Source: the human T2T-CHM13v2.0 reference genome, Homo sapiens
Length of the DNA stretch: 64,000 nucleotides
NCBI RefSeq assembly: GCF_009914755.1
Contig: NC_060934.1
Direction: 5' to 3' (one strand)
Of the stretch, positions 1 through 16,165 are shown piece after piece (within the stretch, counting starts at the first letter, position 1; every line of letters begins with the position of its first letter). Under the pieces are notes generated by a model, which did no database searches, was not told the origin of the DNA, and saw only the letters and a list, made by a program, of their open reading frames with translations. The position numbers were made by a program, and so were the translations under genes.

Positions 1-422
1 ACTTTGAGGCATAGGGTCGTCATCAGTTCTATCCCCAAGTACTTTCATTTCATTCTGGTGACAAGGTTCTGTGATTCGACTTTATTTTACTGTATGTGTT
101 TTTGGGAATTGGCAGTAGTTGAATAATCTGAGGTGAGGAATATCACTTCTAAAATTACTATATTTAAAAAGGTGTAATATCTTCCCATCTTGTTTTTTGG
201 TCTTATGCTCAATAGGTCCTCTGTAATTAATATTATATATGACACACTGGTGCTTTTTTATGACCCCTTGAACAATTTCATTAATTGAATCAACCTGCAT
301 AAAATAAACATTCTGACTCTGTCACATATTTGTCTTTATATGTTTATATATTTTTTAAATCTTTAAAGTTTTAGGCCTGCAATATATGTAATTTGAGATG
401 ATGAGAGCTAGTTTAGTTGTAG

Positions 423-775
<353 letters not shown>

Positions 776-872
776 AGATTCTCCTTTCTTAAAAGAACAA
801 ATTGAAATAGTAAATTAAGCACACCGGTATACATTATTTTTAAATGTCTTTCTGTTTTTTATCTCTCCATAG

Positions 873-1022
<150 letters not shown>

Positions 1023-1354
1023 TAGTTCTGTTATATTCCCTAGGATTGATAAATCTGTGCAATTAATATGTTAATATCATTGTATGCAGTTAGTGTCACA
1101 TAATGAAAAATATATCTACTGCTTAAAAGTAATTATTATACATTCTGAACTACTATTTTTTCAATTATTTTAAATAATATGTAACTTTTATTTTAAAGAA
1201 TTAGATATGAGTCCTTGGTTAAAGATGATTATATGAGTAGTGAAAGTTTACGTTCTTTATTAAATAGTAGGGAAGGAAGATTTTTCTTTTTAGATCCTGA
1301 GGTTGTCTGTGTAGCTGATTTCAGGAACTGAAGTGCCTTGCCTCTGTGATGCAG

Positions 1355-1458
1355 GTTGTTGGAGACCTTATGCTTCGAATCCAGCGTATTCAAGACTTTA
1401 CTCCCAAGCTTCTGTTAGTCAGAAAGCGGTTACTTGGTTTGGAACCTGAAGGCCCTAT
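1355..1458 (+). CDS. FHIP2A: FHIP2A penultimate coding exon (104 nt, ends in phase 2)
   Basis: CAG acceptor (AG 1353-1354), GTAAGT donor at 1459. Encodes [34 protein letters not shown] plus 'AT', in frame with the previous exon. Confidence 0.93.
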
Positions 1459-1532
1459 GTAAGTTAGTGTTTTACATTTTTTTAATCCAAAAATTTCAGT
1501 GAACTTAATGATCGGCTGATATCTTGAATTGA

Positions 1533-1664
<132 letters not shown>

Positions 1665-4600
1665 ATAACATCTTTCATGTAACTGGGGGAACAGAACTAC
1701 TGTGTACATTTCACCAAAAAAGACTCAGTTCCACCCAGCCACAAGAGGATAAAAAGCCTTTTTAAACGCAGTATTGCTGTAAACTGGACAGAACCATTAA
1801 GAACCTATTGAGTGGACATTCTTGGTGAAATGTTGTATAATGTTGTTTTCATTGGCTTTATCATAATGGTTCTATATATACAATTGCACATTGTTGAATC
1901 CAGGATACAATCAAAGGAACTTCAGGAAATAAGCATTTCTAATGACTGTGAAAAGCTGCAATATTTCCAATGTCATGACTTTGATGATATTTCTGTTATA
2001 TTAATGTCCTTTTAGGTAGCAAGGCATTTTGACATTCTCTGGGACTCAAATGCTTGTATTCTTTTGGATTAATAAGTAGCAAAAAAAAATCACTAATTTT
2101 ATAACTTTTTAAGGTCAGAATTCTTATCAAACAAAATATGAAAACTGTAAATGAGAAAAAAATACAATTCAGAAACCATTGAATGAATTAATTATAGGCG
2201 ATAAAAATGTGTAGAGCACCATTAACTTTCTTCAGCTTTTTTAAGAATAACAATTTAATATGATAAATTCTTGATTAATATAATATATCTATATTTTTAA
2301 AGAAATGTTCTTTTACTCTTTTGTGCACATAGCCATGTTAGTGATTTTCTTCATGTGTGGGTCCCAGTTTATTTAAACTGTGTCGTTTTCGCAGCAGTGT
2401 TCAATTTGCTCACCATTGGTAGTGTTTGCTAAAATTGTATTTTTTTAAGCTAAGTAACATGTACTGGGTTGAGAACCTTTTTCCCCCCTCTCCCTCTCAG
2501 AAAATTGCTTTATAAAATTGCTTTATAATTTGATTTTCTTACTGAAACGCATGGTGGTGTCTAGGTGGGGAACTGACTGATAACCCTTGGCAGCAATCAA
2601 AGTGCCAGTGGCTCCTCGATGTTTACATTTTTTTCTATTTTGTTCAGTCTTTTGTTTTAAATGATTCTAAAGAGATTAAAGAAAACAGAGTTTTAAATGT
2701 CCTGTTTACATGTTAAAGGATTTGGGGAAATTGGGTATGTATGTGAATGGGTGTACATGTAGGAACCTGTAGTTCAGCAAAGCTGCGCTGGGCACAGCAT
2801 GCTTGTACTTGATTGACAAAATCGTGTTTGCCAGTCCACTTTCTATTTTTCCTTTAAGTGATGCTGATCACTCAAATAATGCTTTTAAGCTATTGTTTGT
2901 TTTTATTTGACATGTTAAGCCGCAGCACTTTCTTCTTCATCTTTCCATTTACTGATATTTGGGGGAACAGGCTATCAAAGGTTCCGGCTTGAAGGGAACT
3001 GTCACTACCCCCTCTAGGAAGTTATTTTATGTAGCATGTTTGCATATACGCATTGTGTGGCATGTGCATAGAGGCTTGTTTTACACCTATCTGCTCATTT
3101 TGTTGTGTTAGCTTTTCTGGTTTATTTCATAGTTTGTTCTTGCTATTTATTAAGAACAGAATATCAAAAGATTATGAATAGCCTCAGCTCTAGAATGCTT
3201 ACCACTGTTAAAACAACAAAAAGACTAAACCTCTAATTTCATGCAAATCTTTGTTAGCTTATTCTAAGAAATTTATTAAGTAAAACAAAGAAAAAACAGA
3301 AGTGGGAGATAGTTATTTTGTGCGTAATTTTCTTTAAATCATTTTGAATGATGTGAAGGCATTCAGTTTGCTGTATTTTTTTTAATCACTTCATACAAGG
3401 AAAACTTCGACATTTACATTTCTACATGTAGTAACAGTCTACTTTGATATATGAGTATTTAAACTAAGGCATTAAGAGATATTAGATATTTCTTAATGTT
3501 TTCATAGTGCTCAATAGGTGTAGTAGCAATGATATTACCTCTGAAACCAAATACTCTTTTATCCTTGATTCCACTATGGGACCTTATAACTAGTCCATGA
3601 AACCAAGCTCAGAAAAGCTTTAACTCTTATATTTGTGTATATGTATGCTGCTTCTGAAAATATAATTTTTCTAAGTTGTTGTAATGACTTTAATTTGTAA
3701 TCAGCTAAGGCTTAAGATTTCATTTGTTTCTAAGTTTCTGTTTTTCATCCCTTCTTTTTTCTTTTATATTTAGTTCAGACCTAGAGCCAGTAGAAGCTCT
3801 CACAGTGAGTTCAATTTGTTAGTGAAACATTGTACTGCATCACCAGTTTTTCTTACCTTCTGTTGACAGCTGAATATTTCTGTTACTCAGTACTTGCAAA
3901 AACAGTAACTAAAATGCACTATGCTGAGTGGAAAGCACCGTCATAACAATTGATTGCCATAGCAAGTTCCAAAGTGAATTTCAGCCTTGCTTCACATTTG
4001 TATCAATAAATATGCACATTTTTTAAAACTTTCTAACAATATAGTCTTTGGATTTGTTTTTAGTTATGAGCCGCATTCTTTACTTGATAGAACTCAGATT
4101 TGTCTTAGCCTATTGCCATATAGTACTCACCTTATAACTATGTAACTTTCTCGTAATGTATCTGTTTGTGCAATATGGAAGCTGTGAGTGGATTCATAGC
4201 TTTTTGGTTTAATTGTACATTATTGTGTGTGTATATATGTATATATGTATATATATAAGGACCAAAATTCTTAGCTCGCTTACACTGTTGCTAGTGTAAA
4301 CATTGTTACACTTAATTTTACAGGGCACAAATTATGGAATTACTTCATAAATTCATGGTAATGTTTTCATAAATTATTGCATTAACATACAATTGCCATT
4401 TAATTATGAAGTCCATCAGTATTGACAGAAGATGTTACAGTGAAGTGCTAAAACCACACTATATGGTAATTATATTTTGGGTTATGTAGTAAATCAAATA
4501 TGCATGTCATTGTGACACTTTATGTGTTAAAACATGGTAGATAATCACATTTTCTGGGCCCTGTAAAATAGTGTTACTGTAATACTCTGTTTTGCCTCCT

Positions 4601-4850
4601 GCCTTGTTTACATTAAACAGGATATTTGGTAAATTTTTTTGTATTGAAAGTTGTGTAGGTTACTGACAGTGTTACCAGCGTCTGGAATTCTTGGTCCCTC
4701 CGTGGAGAAACTCTTCAGATGGTCATTGTGTACCTACTCTCTCTTCAAAGGAAGTTGTGATCAAGTTCAACTTTTTGTGCTAACAATGCATGCAGGACTA
4801 AGAGGGATGATCTAAAAAATAAATAATGTAATTTAAACAAAACGTCTTAT
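1665..4850 (+). other. FHIP2A: FHIP2A long 3' UTR (3' end approximate)
   Basis: AT-rich stretch after the stop with no recognisable interspersed repeat. AATAAA at 4005-4010 and 4818-4823, ATTAAA at 4612-4617. Repeats resume at ~5118. Confidence 0.75.
4818..4823 (+). terminator. Probable main polyadenylation signal of the proximal FHIP2A isoform
   Basis: AATAAA followed about 25 nt later by the T/GT-rich element cttatgtttttgt. Confidence 0.6.
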
Positions 4851-5032
4851 GTTTTTGTAAAATTCTAATTGGGAACATTTTATCCAATGATAAATCTCAA
4901 ACAATTTTTAACTTTTTGCACCCCCAGCACACAAAGGGATATGGCACCCTACAATCAGTGGGTCTCTATAGTATTCTAGGGAGAGAACAAAAAGCAATGT
5001 ATCTATTTGTGGAGGAGAGATGTGTAGCTTGA

Positions 5033-5408
<376 letters not shown>

Positions 5409-6078
5409 CAGAAAAACAATTTATTCTAAGCATTATTTCTTAGTATTTTTCTAACATATATAAAAACTTTTCTTTTTAGCTGACACTTAAAACAATTAGA
5501 CTCTAGACTTACCCTGTTCAGTTGAGTATTTGCCAGAGGTTCTGAATTGGAAACAAACATGTAATACACAGCACAGCCAGAAAGAGAAAAATCCAGTGAT
5601 TAATCCCAACTACCCGAAGATTCTTTTCAAAATCACTTTAGACGGAAATAAAGATGATAGGTTGAAAGGATGGAAGAGGCAAGGTTTAGACATTGAAGAG
5701 TTGAAATCACCCTCCTTGCCCTTCAAAAGAAGCTACTTCAAAAGAAAACTGTGTTTTGGGAATGCATAATTGGATCCCCAGTCCAAAACCTGCTTCAAAC
5801 TGTTAAGAATTTAGCAGTGTTTTAGCTGGAAAACTAGTAATCTCAAGGGAATTTAAAGAATTAACATAAAACTGTAAAAGTTGAAGTTTTGCTAGAGTAA
5901 CTCTCAAGTAAAATCTATACCTCTTTTCAAAAAAAAAAAAAATAGATATAAGCAAGCAGAAACACTGCATGTGAGTTTGTTTAATGCTGAATGATGCAGA
6001 AGAAATGGAGTGTTTTATAGTTGTTCTTATGGCAATAAAGTTGTCACCTAGGGACTACCTTGCAGAAAGTCAGTTTTT

Positions 6079-6510
6079 CTGTTTGTTTGTTTTTTTTAAT
6101 TTATTTTATGTTCCGGGATACACATGCAGGATGTGCAGGTTTGTTATATAGGTAAACGTGTGCCATGGTGGTTTGCTGCACCTATCAACCCATCACCCAG
6201 GTATTAAGCCCCACATGCATTAGCTATTTTTCCTGATGCTCTCCCTCCCCACCTCGCCCCCAGCACAGGCCCCAGTGTGTGTTGTTTCCCGCCCTATGTC
6301 ATTGTTCAGCTCCTACTTATAAGTGAGAACATACAGTGTTTGGTTTTCTGTTCCTGCGTTAGTTTGCTAAGAATAATGGCCTCCAGCTCTATCCATGTCC
6401 CTGCAAAGGACATGATCTCCTTCCTTTTTATGACTGCATAGTATTCCACGGTGTATATACACTACATTTTCTTTATCCAGTCTATCATTGATGGGCATTT
6501 GGGTTGATTA
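6079..6510 (-). mobile_element. 5'-truncated L1 (L1PA-type 3' end)
   Basis: Antisense L1 3' UTR (gtgcaggtttgttatataggtaaacgtgtgccatggtgg...). TSD cagaaa(g/a)tcagttttt at 6063-6078 and 6511-6526. Confidence 0.92.
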
Positions 6511-7035
6511 CAGAAAATCAGTTTTTAACTTTATTTGGTAATATACCCCACTACCCACCTCAGAGAGATCCATCTAAGCCTGTTTCATTCACACTCACTA
6601 CTCATTGATTGGACTATTGTGGGCATTAGAAATTTCTCTGTTATATCATTTCTAAAAATGTATCAGAAATAGGACATCCACAAACCAAACAAGAATTTTG
6701 TTTATTTAACACATATTTCTCAAGAACTTTCTATGAACCAGGTATTAAGGTGCTAGGAACACAAAAAAATGATTTCGGCCCTAAAGAAGTCAGTCTTGGT
6801 GTGGTGTTTACAAAAATAAATTATAGTGCACACTGGTGAACACTGTTAGAGAAACGAGACCCAAATGGTGTGAGCCCCAGGGAAAGGAAGTAAGATGGCA
6901 AATCATCTAAACAGGAAGATCTGAAACTCAAGCCTTGCCTGAATATTCTTACTTTTAAGTATGTTATATATGTATTATTCTTACTTTTGGGTTATAGTCT
7001 TACTTTTGAGATATGCCAGATAGTCTCAGAAGTTA

Positions 7036-7372
<337 letters not shown>

Positions 7373-8065
7373 CTAGCAAGAAACTTCTGCATCCTATTGT
7401 ATTTGCCATGCTTAACTGTGGCCTTTCACTTCATTCTGATGTTGGTATAAAGCACTAGCCCAAAGAACAGTGCTTTGGGCTCATATTTTCTCAGCTGATG
7501 AATAGCAATTAGCTTGTGATTTAGGATCTCTTTCTAAGACTATTGTATAGTGAGAAGGCACATAGTCAACTGAAATACTAAAACCAAAAGATTAAATTGG
7601 ACTTTTAAAATGACCCAAAGATTAGGGGTAAGATTTGGTTCAGCTAAAGCATTTGTAGAACCATGCCTTTCTCCTTACTTTTAACTCAGTACTCTTTTGA
7701 CAGCGTTCTTTATTGTCTCCTGGTTTGGGGCACAAAGCAGCTTGCATATCCAATTAAGAGAGAACCAACCTAGGCTGATGGAGATGGTGGAGATGAATTC
7801 AGAAGCCACGTGCCAGATGTGCATGGAGAGATAGGATGTGTAGACCTCCACTGGGTTATCATCCCACAACTCCCCCCCATTCCTGAAATCTAAGCCTGGA
7901 GTCAGGCTAGAAGGCAGGTGGACAGGCCAGAGCTCACTCCTGCCAGGGAGCAAGATCAAGAGACTTCTGCTGCCTTCATACCTAGTCTTCTTGAGGTGGC
8001 TTCAAGGAATTACCTGATTTCCCAAGTATGAGTCTAAGGAGTTAAAATTCAGTGTGCTTTATAAT

Positions 8066-8257
8066 TTTTTTTTTTTTTTTGAGACAGGGTCTTGCTCTGT
8101 CACCCAGGCTGGAGTGCGGTGGCACTATCAGCTCACTGCAGCCTCAACTCAAGCAATCCTGCCTCAGCCTCCTGAGTAGTTGGGATTACAGGCAGGTGCC
8201 ACCATGGCCAGCTATTTTTATTTTTGTAGAGATACAGTCTCACTATATTGCCCAGGC
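8066..8257 (-). mobile_element. Partial old Alu (AluJ-like)
   Basis: Antisense right-arm sequence with an internal deletion. Confidence 0.8.
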
Positions 8258-8296
8258 TTATGATTTTATATTATGACCTTCCTCTTCTCTCTAGTT

Positions 8297-8621
8297 CAGG
8301 GGTCCCCCAACCCCCGGGCCACAGACCAGTACCAGTCCGTGGCCGGTTGGGAACTGGGCTGCATAGCAGGAGGTGAGTGGCAGGCGACCACCTGAGCTCT
8401 GCCTCCTGTCAGATCAGCAGCAACATTCAATTCTCGTAGGAGCACCAACCCTACTGTGAACTTGCATGCGGGGATCTAGGTTGTACGCTCCTTATAAAAA
8501 TCTAACTAATGCCTGGTGGATCTCAGGTGGAACAGTTGCATCCCGAAATCATCCCCAAGTCTGTGCAAAAATTGTTTTTCATGAAACCAGTCCCTGGTGC
8601 CAAAGAGGTTGGGGACCACTG
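8297..8621. mobile_element. MER1B-like hAT-Charlie non-autonomous DNA transposon
   Basis: Terminal inverted repeats caggggtccccc(aac) and gttggggaccactg; exact 8-bp TSD CTCTAGTT at 8289-8296 and 8622-8629. Confidence 0.9.
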
Positions 8622-10904
8622 CTCTAGTTGGACTAGTCAATATATTGAGGAACTGACAGGGAGTCTTTAAAAAAAAGTGGGGGGAATATATATATATTTT
8701 AAATATTAGGTAATACTTTAGACTTCTCTTGATTGAAGAACCACAACCTTACATGAAGGTAAAACCCCTAGCAGACTGCCAGAAATCTAAATACCACCAT
8801 GGGTCACTTTGCTCTTATATCAGAGGGGAGAGTAAGGGGAAAGGGAAGATATCCTTTGAATTTTGTAGCTGTAAGTTCATAATGGTACCCATGTTGTGAT
8901 GTGCATTCATTTGCATCGTGATCACACTATTAATTTCTTCCAATGATGTGCTAAAGTTGTCCGGGATGGTATTCAGTTTAGAGGATCCAAACAAGCCAGG
9001 AACATGACCTGGGTCTGACAGCCACTCTTTTTCAAGGCTGAGAACTATAATCATAATTGCAAGCTGAAGAGCTAGATGTGGTTCAGAAAAAAGAACAAGA
9101 GACACACCCAGCCTGTGAGATTAGGCAAGACAAGCAAAAGCATCTCCAAGGCTGTTATTGCCTCAGGCCTGTGATTTATGAGTAAGGAATCATAAAATCA
9201 ATTTTACTATAATGCAGAAAGATGAGATGACATACAAATTCACTATACTCTGGATAAAGCTATATTTCAAATCCCTGAAGATGAGACTCATTTATATAAT
9301 AACATGAGAAATGTATTCCTTATTCCACTCACAAGTAGAATAGCATGTAGGGTTTTAATTGATTAGATTTCCCAAGAGAGCCATGTACTGGAGATTTCTA
9401 GGGGAGAAACAAATTAGCCATTCCTTAAACATTATTTTTCCATGTTTAAAGTATGCTGTTCTACTTAAATCTCTTTATCCTGTTGCTCTTATCAACAGTG
9501 TAGCAAGTCACAGAGCATTTATGGTTCTATATTCTTTGTGGGCTGCTTCAATTCTTTGTCCTGTGATCTTTATTTCCATTTTGTTTTAGAAATGATTAGA
9601 AAATAGACCATCATTTTCTTAAGCTGCGTTGGTGTTGGGCTCCCACAGAAATGGAATTGAGAAGAAAACACCTACTTTTAAAATAAAATATTACCTCATT
9701 AGTAATGTAGCTTGGACTCCTTGACAACAAACAGGTTCCATTTCATAAAGACTTACATTTTCCATAAAATGATCCAATGTCATGCAGCTTCAAGTAAGCC
9801 TTTCTCTGAAAATACTGTTGGCAACAGTACATATGACTCATTGGAATTTGGGTTCAAAACCACATCCTAAAAATAATAAAAGCTATAAATGCAAACGTGC
9901 ATAGCAATTTCTGGGTGTTTTTCTTTGGAATTTGACATTGAAATAAAAATAATTTTGCACAGTTCTTAATGGTTGGAGTCTTTTCATGCATAGCATATAA
10001 TATAATTTATATTCATTGAGCTGAGTATTTCAAAGAAATTAGTCAGAAATTGCTGATATACATCTTGCGAAGTAGTGTTGCTCATTATCATTTTCATTTC
10101 AATGGAAAGGAAAAGACTAGGGAAGTGTAATTAATTTGACATAGATAATTCTGGGCTGAGCATTTTAATATCAACACCATTTTAAGGCCATTATTAAAAT
10201 TTCTTTGTCCTCATTGTACAGCTTGCCATTGCTATACTCTGATATAAGACCATTGTGTTTTGGCCCTTCCTCCAGTGATCTGTGTAATCAATCATTCAAC
10301 TAATACCATTAACTTCTTCTAACAGAGATGCTGACTGTCAACCTTATTAGGTTAAGAAAGATGTTGGATAGGCGCAAATGCTGAGTTTTTCTACTGATTC
10401 CTGTGTTATTTTTAAAGACCTTGCTTTTATCTACAAACTCTTCAGAAATCCTTACATCACCATGGAAGCTGATCCCTGCCTCTTAACAATGATTTTAAAT
10501 AAAATATATATATATATCTTTTACAGGAGCAGTTAAGCTCCCCTCAGTACCTCTATTCATCAAACCACTGACAGTAAGAGGCTACTCCACTTACACAAAG
10601 GCAGGCTCTACTCTCTTGACAGGACTTTCCTAAATGATCCTGCTTGGAATGTAAAAAACTTTCCAGCTAGACACATAAAACACTGTAATTGAGTGCTGGT
10701 TTCATAAATGTTGAGGTCTGAGGTCCAAAATGTATTGTATTGTTGCAAGGCTACAGTAGTAACATCATCCGTGATGTTCAACAGATATTCACTAAATCTT
10801 GTAGGGCTCTGACGAGGAGAGGGGATTTCAATAAAGTCCCTGTCTTGGAAAGGTTTGCTTTTTAAAGTACAAGGGATAAGGCAAGTTCAGTGGGGCTTAC
10901 TAAG

Positions 10905-11770
<866 letters not shown>

Positions 11771-13309
11771 GGCAGCATCTTCCACTGTTAACCCCAATCT
11801 AGCGAGGGGATCCACCACAGAGCTTTCCAGGGAGGCTGGTACGCCCCTCATTAATATATTTCTTAGTACCTCAGAGAAGAGATTGTCACCTGCACCCCAT
11901 CAGGAGATATGGCTGGGTGTTCATGCCCCCATGTAATTTTGCATTCCTATCTCCCTAAATCTATGGATTGTTTTTTCTACATTACCCCGGGAAGTTCTGT
12001 CATCTCGGCTCACTGAATGTAGGCCACCAATAAATATATTTTATTGACTCAACTAAGAAAACTGTTAGAGCCACTTCCAGTTGGATGAGCTAACACAGTA
12101 AGTCCAGACTCTGATAAGTCCGCCCAAGTCCATACGTTGGCCTGATTTAATGTTATATTTTATCTTCCTTTGACACTTCTCAAATAATCCTCAGATTTCT
12201 GCCTAAATCAATTAGCAAGATGTTGTCATTCATTTGGAATAAAAGCTAATTCTTCCCAGGTCAGACTTCACTTTTTCCCCCTGGACCATGCTGAGATCTG
12301 ACTCTAATTATAGACCTAAAAGACAAAAACTTCTACTGTCAGAGAGGCCTTGGGTTCAAAGCTTCACAAGGCAGAGAGGCCTTGGGTTCAAGATTTTCAG
12401 CTTTATTCCCATCTACCCAGATGTGATCATTCAAAATCCTAGAGGCCCACTCACCCAGTCAATGCGTTTTCTCATAAGAGTCAGGGATGTCTATGAGTTC
12501 AATTTACATTGTAATTTTATAACCCACACAATTTAATTATGGTTCTTTTTTGTATGAGATTGGCCCTGTGACTAAAAAAATTACATTATTTTAGGGCTGC
12601 CATAGAGCCTCTCAGTGCTCTGTTTTAGACTTGAATTTAGAAGTTTAAACCTGAGCTAGTGATTTCCTTTCTGTAATCTCTCCAGTTGGAAGATGTCATC
12701 CTACTCCAATGCTTTGTAGTCATAATTACTACTGCCATTAGGATAATCAAGGGACAGTGACAGTTTATGCCTATTGTCCTTTTCATTCTTGGTGTAAAAG
12801 CTATATGGTCCCACAAGGCACTTGATTCCATAGGCATTTCATCTCAATCAATCACTGGTGACAACTTAATCACTATGCCTCCAAATGCAATGGAGTACTA
12901 GCATAGCAATTCCCATTGAAAAGATCTCAGCCCAGCATTTAAAACCAAGCAATGATCAAATCAACCTCCAAATCCCCATCCCTGAGGGTCTATTTCCTGG
13001 TACCAAGCACTGTAACAGGCACAGCTCAGTTTGGAAAACAGAAACCACACAAGGTACTTCAACAGAGGAAATTTATACAGGGAATTGGGTGTTGGGGGGT
13101 GGAATAGCAAAGGAGGAACATTACTGTAATACAGGGCTAAAAATAGCAGGAAGCAGCACCACCTCTAAAGCTGGAGGATTCAAAGGAAAGGAGTTGAGAT
13201 GATCAGAACCTAGAAGGTTAGGGGATGGGCCCTGCAGGGCTGGTGTTCAGACCTCTGAGGAGTGGTTGCTATTAGGCTTTCTGCAGTGTCTGCAGCTGTT
13301 CTTAAGAGT

Positions 13310-14020
13310 TTCCATATATTTTTGTTGATTTTGGCAGTTTTGAGGAGTATTGGTTGGGTATTTTGTAGGATGCCCTCTATTGGAATTAGTCTGATGTTTT
13401 CCTCATGATTAGACTGGGATTGTGGATGTTACAGAGGAGGAATACAGAGATAAAGTGTGATTTTAGTCATATCTTATCAAGAGTACACACTGTCAGCATG
13501 ATGTTGGGCTTGATCCCCTGGCTGAAATAGTATTTGTCAAGTTTCTCCACTGTAAAGTTATTCTTTCCCTCCCATTTCCATACTGTATTCTCGGGAAGCA
13601 AAGTCACCGTAGATAGCTCACACTTCAGAAGTGTAGAGTTAATACTGTATCTTCTTGAGGGTAGAGTATCTGCAAAAAACTGTTTGGAATTATTCTGCAA
13701 GGAAGATTTGTGTCCCAAACCCTTTATTTATCCAATCATTTATATCAATACAAACTCATGGATATTTATCTTATACTTTGGGTTATAATCTAATACTATT
13801 TCATTGGTTTTGTTGCTCAAATTGTTCCAGCTTTGGCCTTTGGGAACAGTTTCAGTTGGTTCCTGTGTCTCTTTAACATACCCCCATCAATATATGGGTG
13901 TTTTGTTTGTTTCTTTTTGTTTTTTAGTACTTCCTTACTTTTGGAGATTACAAAATACTCCCAGCTCATCTCATATGTTTCCTGCCCCAGTCCTAGGATC
14001 AGCCATTTCTCCAAGATACA
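13310..14020 (-). mobile_element. Old L1 (L1MC/MD-like) 3' region
   Basis: Recognisable motif ttttgaggagtattggttgggtattttgtaggatgccctc...tgatgttttcctcatgattagactggg. Confidence 0.75.
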
Positions 14021-14604
14021 TCAGAGTCTTTTAAAACACTGAGTTATTTAGGAATATTCAGGAGGGGGAAAAAAAAAACAACCCTAAGTTCTGTAGCACT
14101 GCATTGACTTGGCATGGTGCTTTGGGTCCAGATAGCCGAGGAAAGGGTATTGGACTAGACACGTGGTATTTATAAAGCCTTTCAACCTAAGCACTCTGAA
14201 GACAGGGTAGAGGACATGGATATGCTAACAAAACCATCCAGAATGAGTGACTGAGTGGGAAGCACAGCTGAACTTGTTTGGAGACAAGAGTGTCTATGTT
14301 AGCAGAAGGGAAACTTTCATAGTCATCAATATCATACACTTTAACACAGCCACACAAAAGATTTCTACTTTAGATCTTTAATTTTTTTTTCCCAAAGGAA
14401 TCACATCCTAACAGGTTAAAGAAGTTATTCAAAATACAGCTATACACCTGTGCCCCATTACTTATAGCACACTAGGAATGATTACTTTTTACAAATCCTG
14501 TAATTAGCTAGTAACTAGCACAATTATATTGCATTATCTCTTTTGTGCTAAAAATATTAACTTGCTAATGATGAGCATTTACAAATGAACTACAAATTGT
14601 ATAA

Positions 14605-14966
<362 letters not shown>

Positions 14967-15528
14967 TGACTCAGGCCTCTCTAGGCCACAGAGGCCCTTG
15001 GATATAGACTTCTCCTTTCTTCTGACAGAAGCGGTTAGCTTAAATCTGTACAGATGAGAACACAATTATTGTAACACAGGAAAACCCACGTTGGTTTTGT
15101 ACATTCGTGTTTGCTCTGTAAAGGGCAGCGCTCGTGCATCTTCAGCTGTATCTTGAAAGCTTTCCTGTTTCCGAAGCTTGCTTGCATTAAACATGAGGCG
15201 CCGCTAAGTGCTGTTGCCACCAGGGACTGCAGGCCCCTCTGCAGCCCTAGATGGGCTCAGTTCCGAGGGAAGGAAGGCGGCCGGCGGAGGCAGTGCTGTG
15301 CTGCAGAAGGACTGCTGTGCTGCGGAAGGACTGCTGTGGATTCTGACTGCAGACGGGTCTGATTTGGATGTTTTTTATTACTTAAGCGATTGATCGTTTC
15401 TCCTTGCCATCCTGTGAGGAGTGAGGGCATGCCTTGGATCTGTGAGGGAGGAGAAAACCCCTTTTCTAAGAAAGGGGAAGTGAAGAAAGAAGAAGCAAGG
15501 ATGGTGGAGAAGTAAGAAAGGAACATGG

Positions 15529-15810
15529 GACCGGGCGCAGTGGCTCATGCCTGTAATCCCAGCACTTTGGCAGGCTGGGGAAGGGTGGATCACCTGAGGT
15601 CAGGAGTTCAAGATCAGCCTAGCCAACATGGTGAAACCCTGTCTCTAAAAAAAAATACAAAAAATAGCTGGGCATGATGGCGGGTGCCTGTATTCCCAGC
15701 TACTCAGGAGGCTGAGACAGGAGGATGGTGTGAACCCAGGAGCGGAGGTTTCAGTGAGCCAAGATTGCGCCATTGCACTCAAGCCTGGCAATTGAGCGAG
15801 ACTCTGTCGA
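15529..15810 (+). mobile_element. Alu (AluS-type)
   Basis: Full Alu whose tail runs into the GA-rich repeat. Confidence 0.95.
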
Positions 15811-16165
15811 AAGAAAAAAAGAAAGAAAGAGAGAGAAAGAAAGAAAGAGAGAGAAAGAAAGAAAGAAAGAGAAAGAAAGAAAGAGAAAAGAGAGAGAGAA
15901 AGAAATAGAAAGAAAAAGAACAGAAAGAAAGGAAAGAAGGTAGGAAGGTAAGAGAGAAAGAAAGAAAGAAAGAAAAAGAAAGAAAGAAAGAGAAAGAAAG
16001 AAAAGAAAGAGAGAGAAAGAAATAAAGAAAGAAAGAGAAAGAAAGAAAGAGAAAGAAAAAGAACAGAAAGAAAGGAAAGAAGGTAGGAAGGTAAGAGAGA
16101 AAGAAAGAAAGAAAAAGAAAGAGAAAGAAAGAAAAAGAAAGAAAAGCTCTAGAAGGAAGAAAGGA
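15810..16165 (+). repeat. Complex (AAAG/AG)n polypurine repeat
   Basis: ~350 bp almost pure purine on the + strand, with an internal 143-bp higher-order duplication. Confidence 0.95.
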
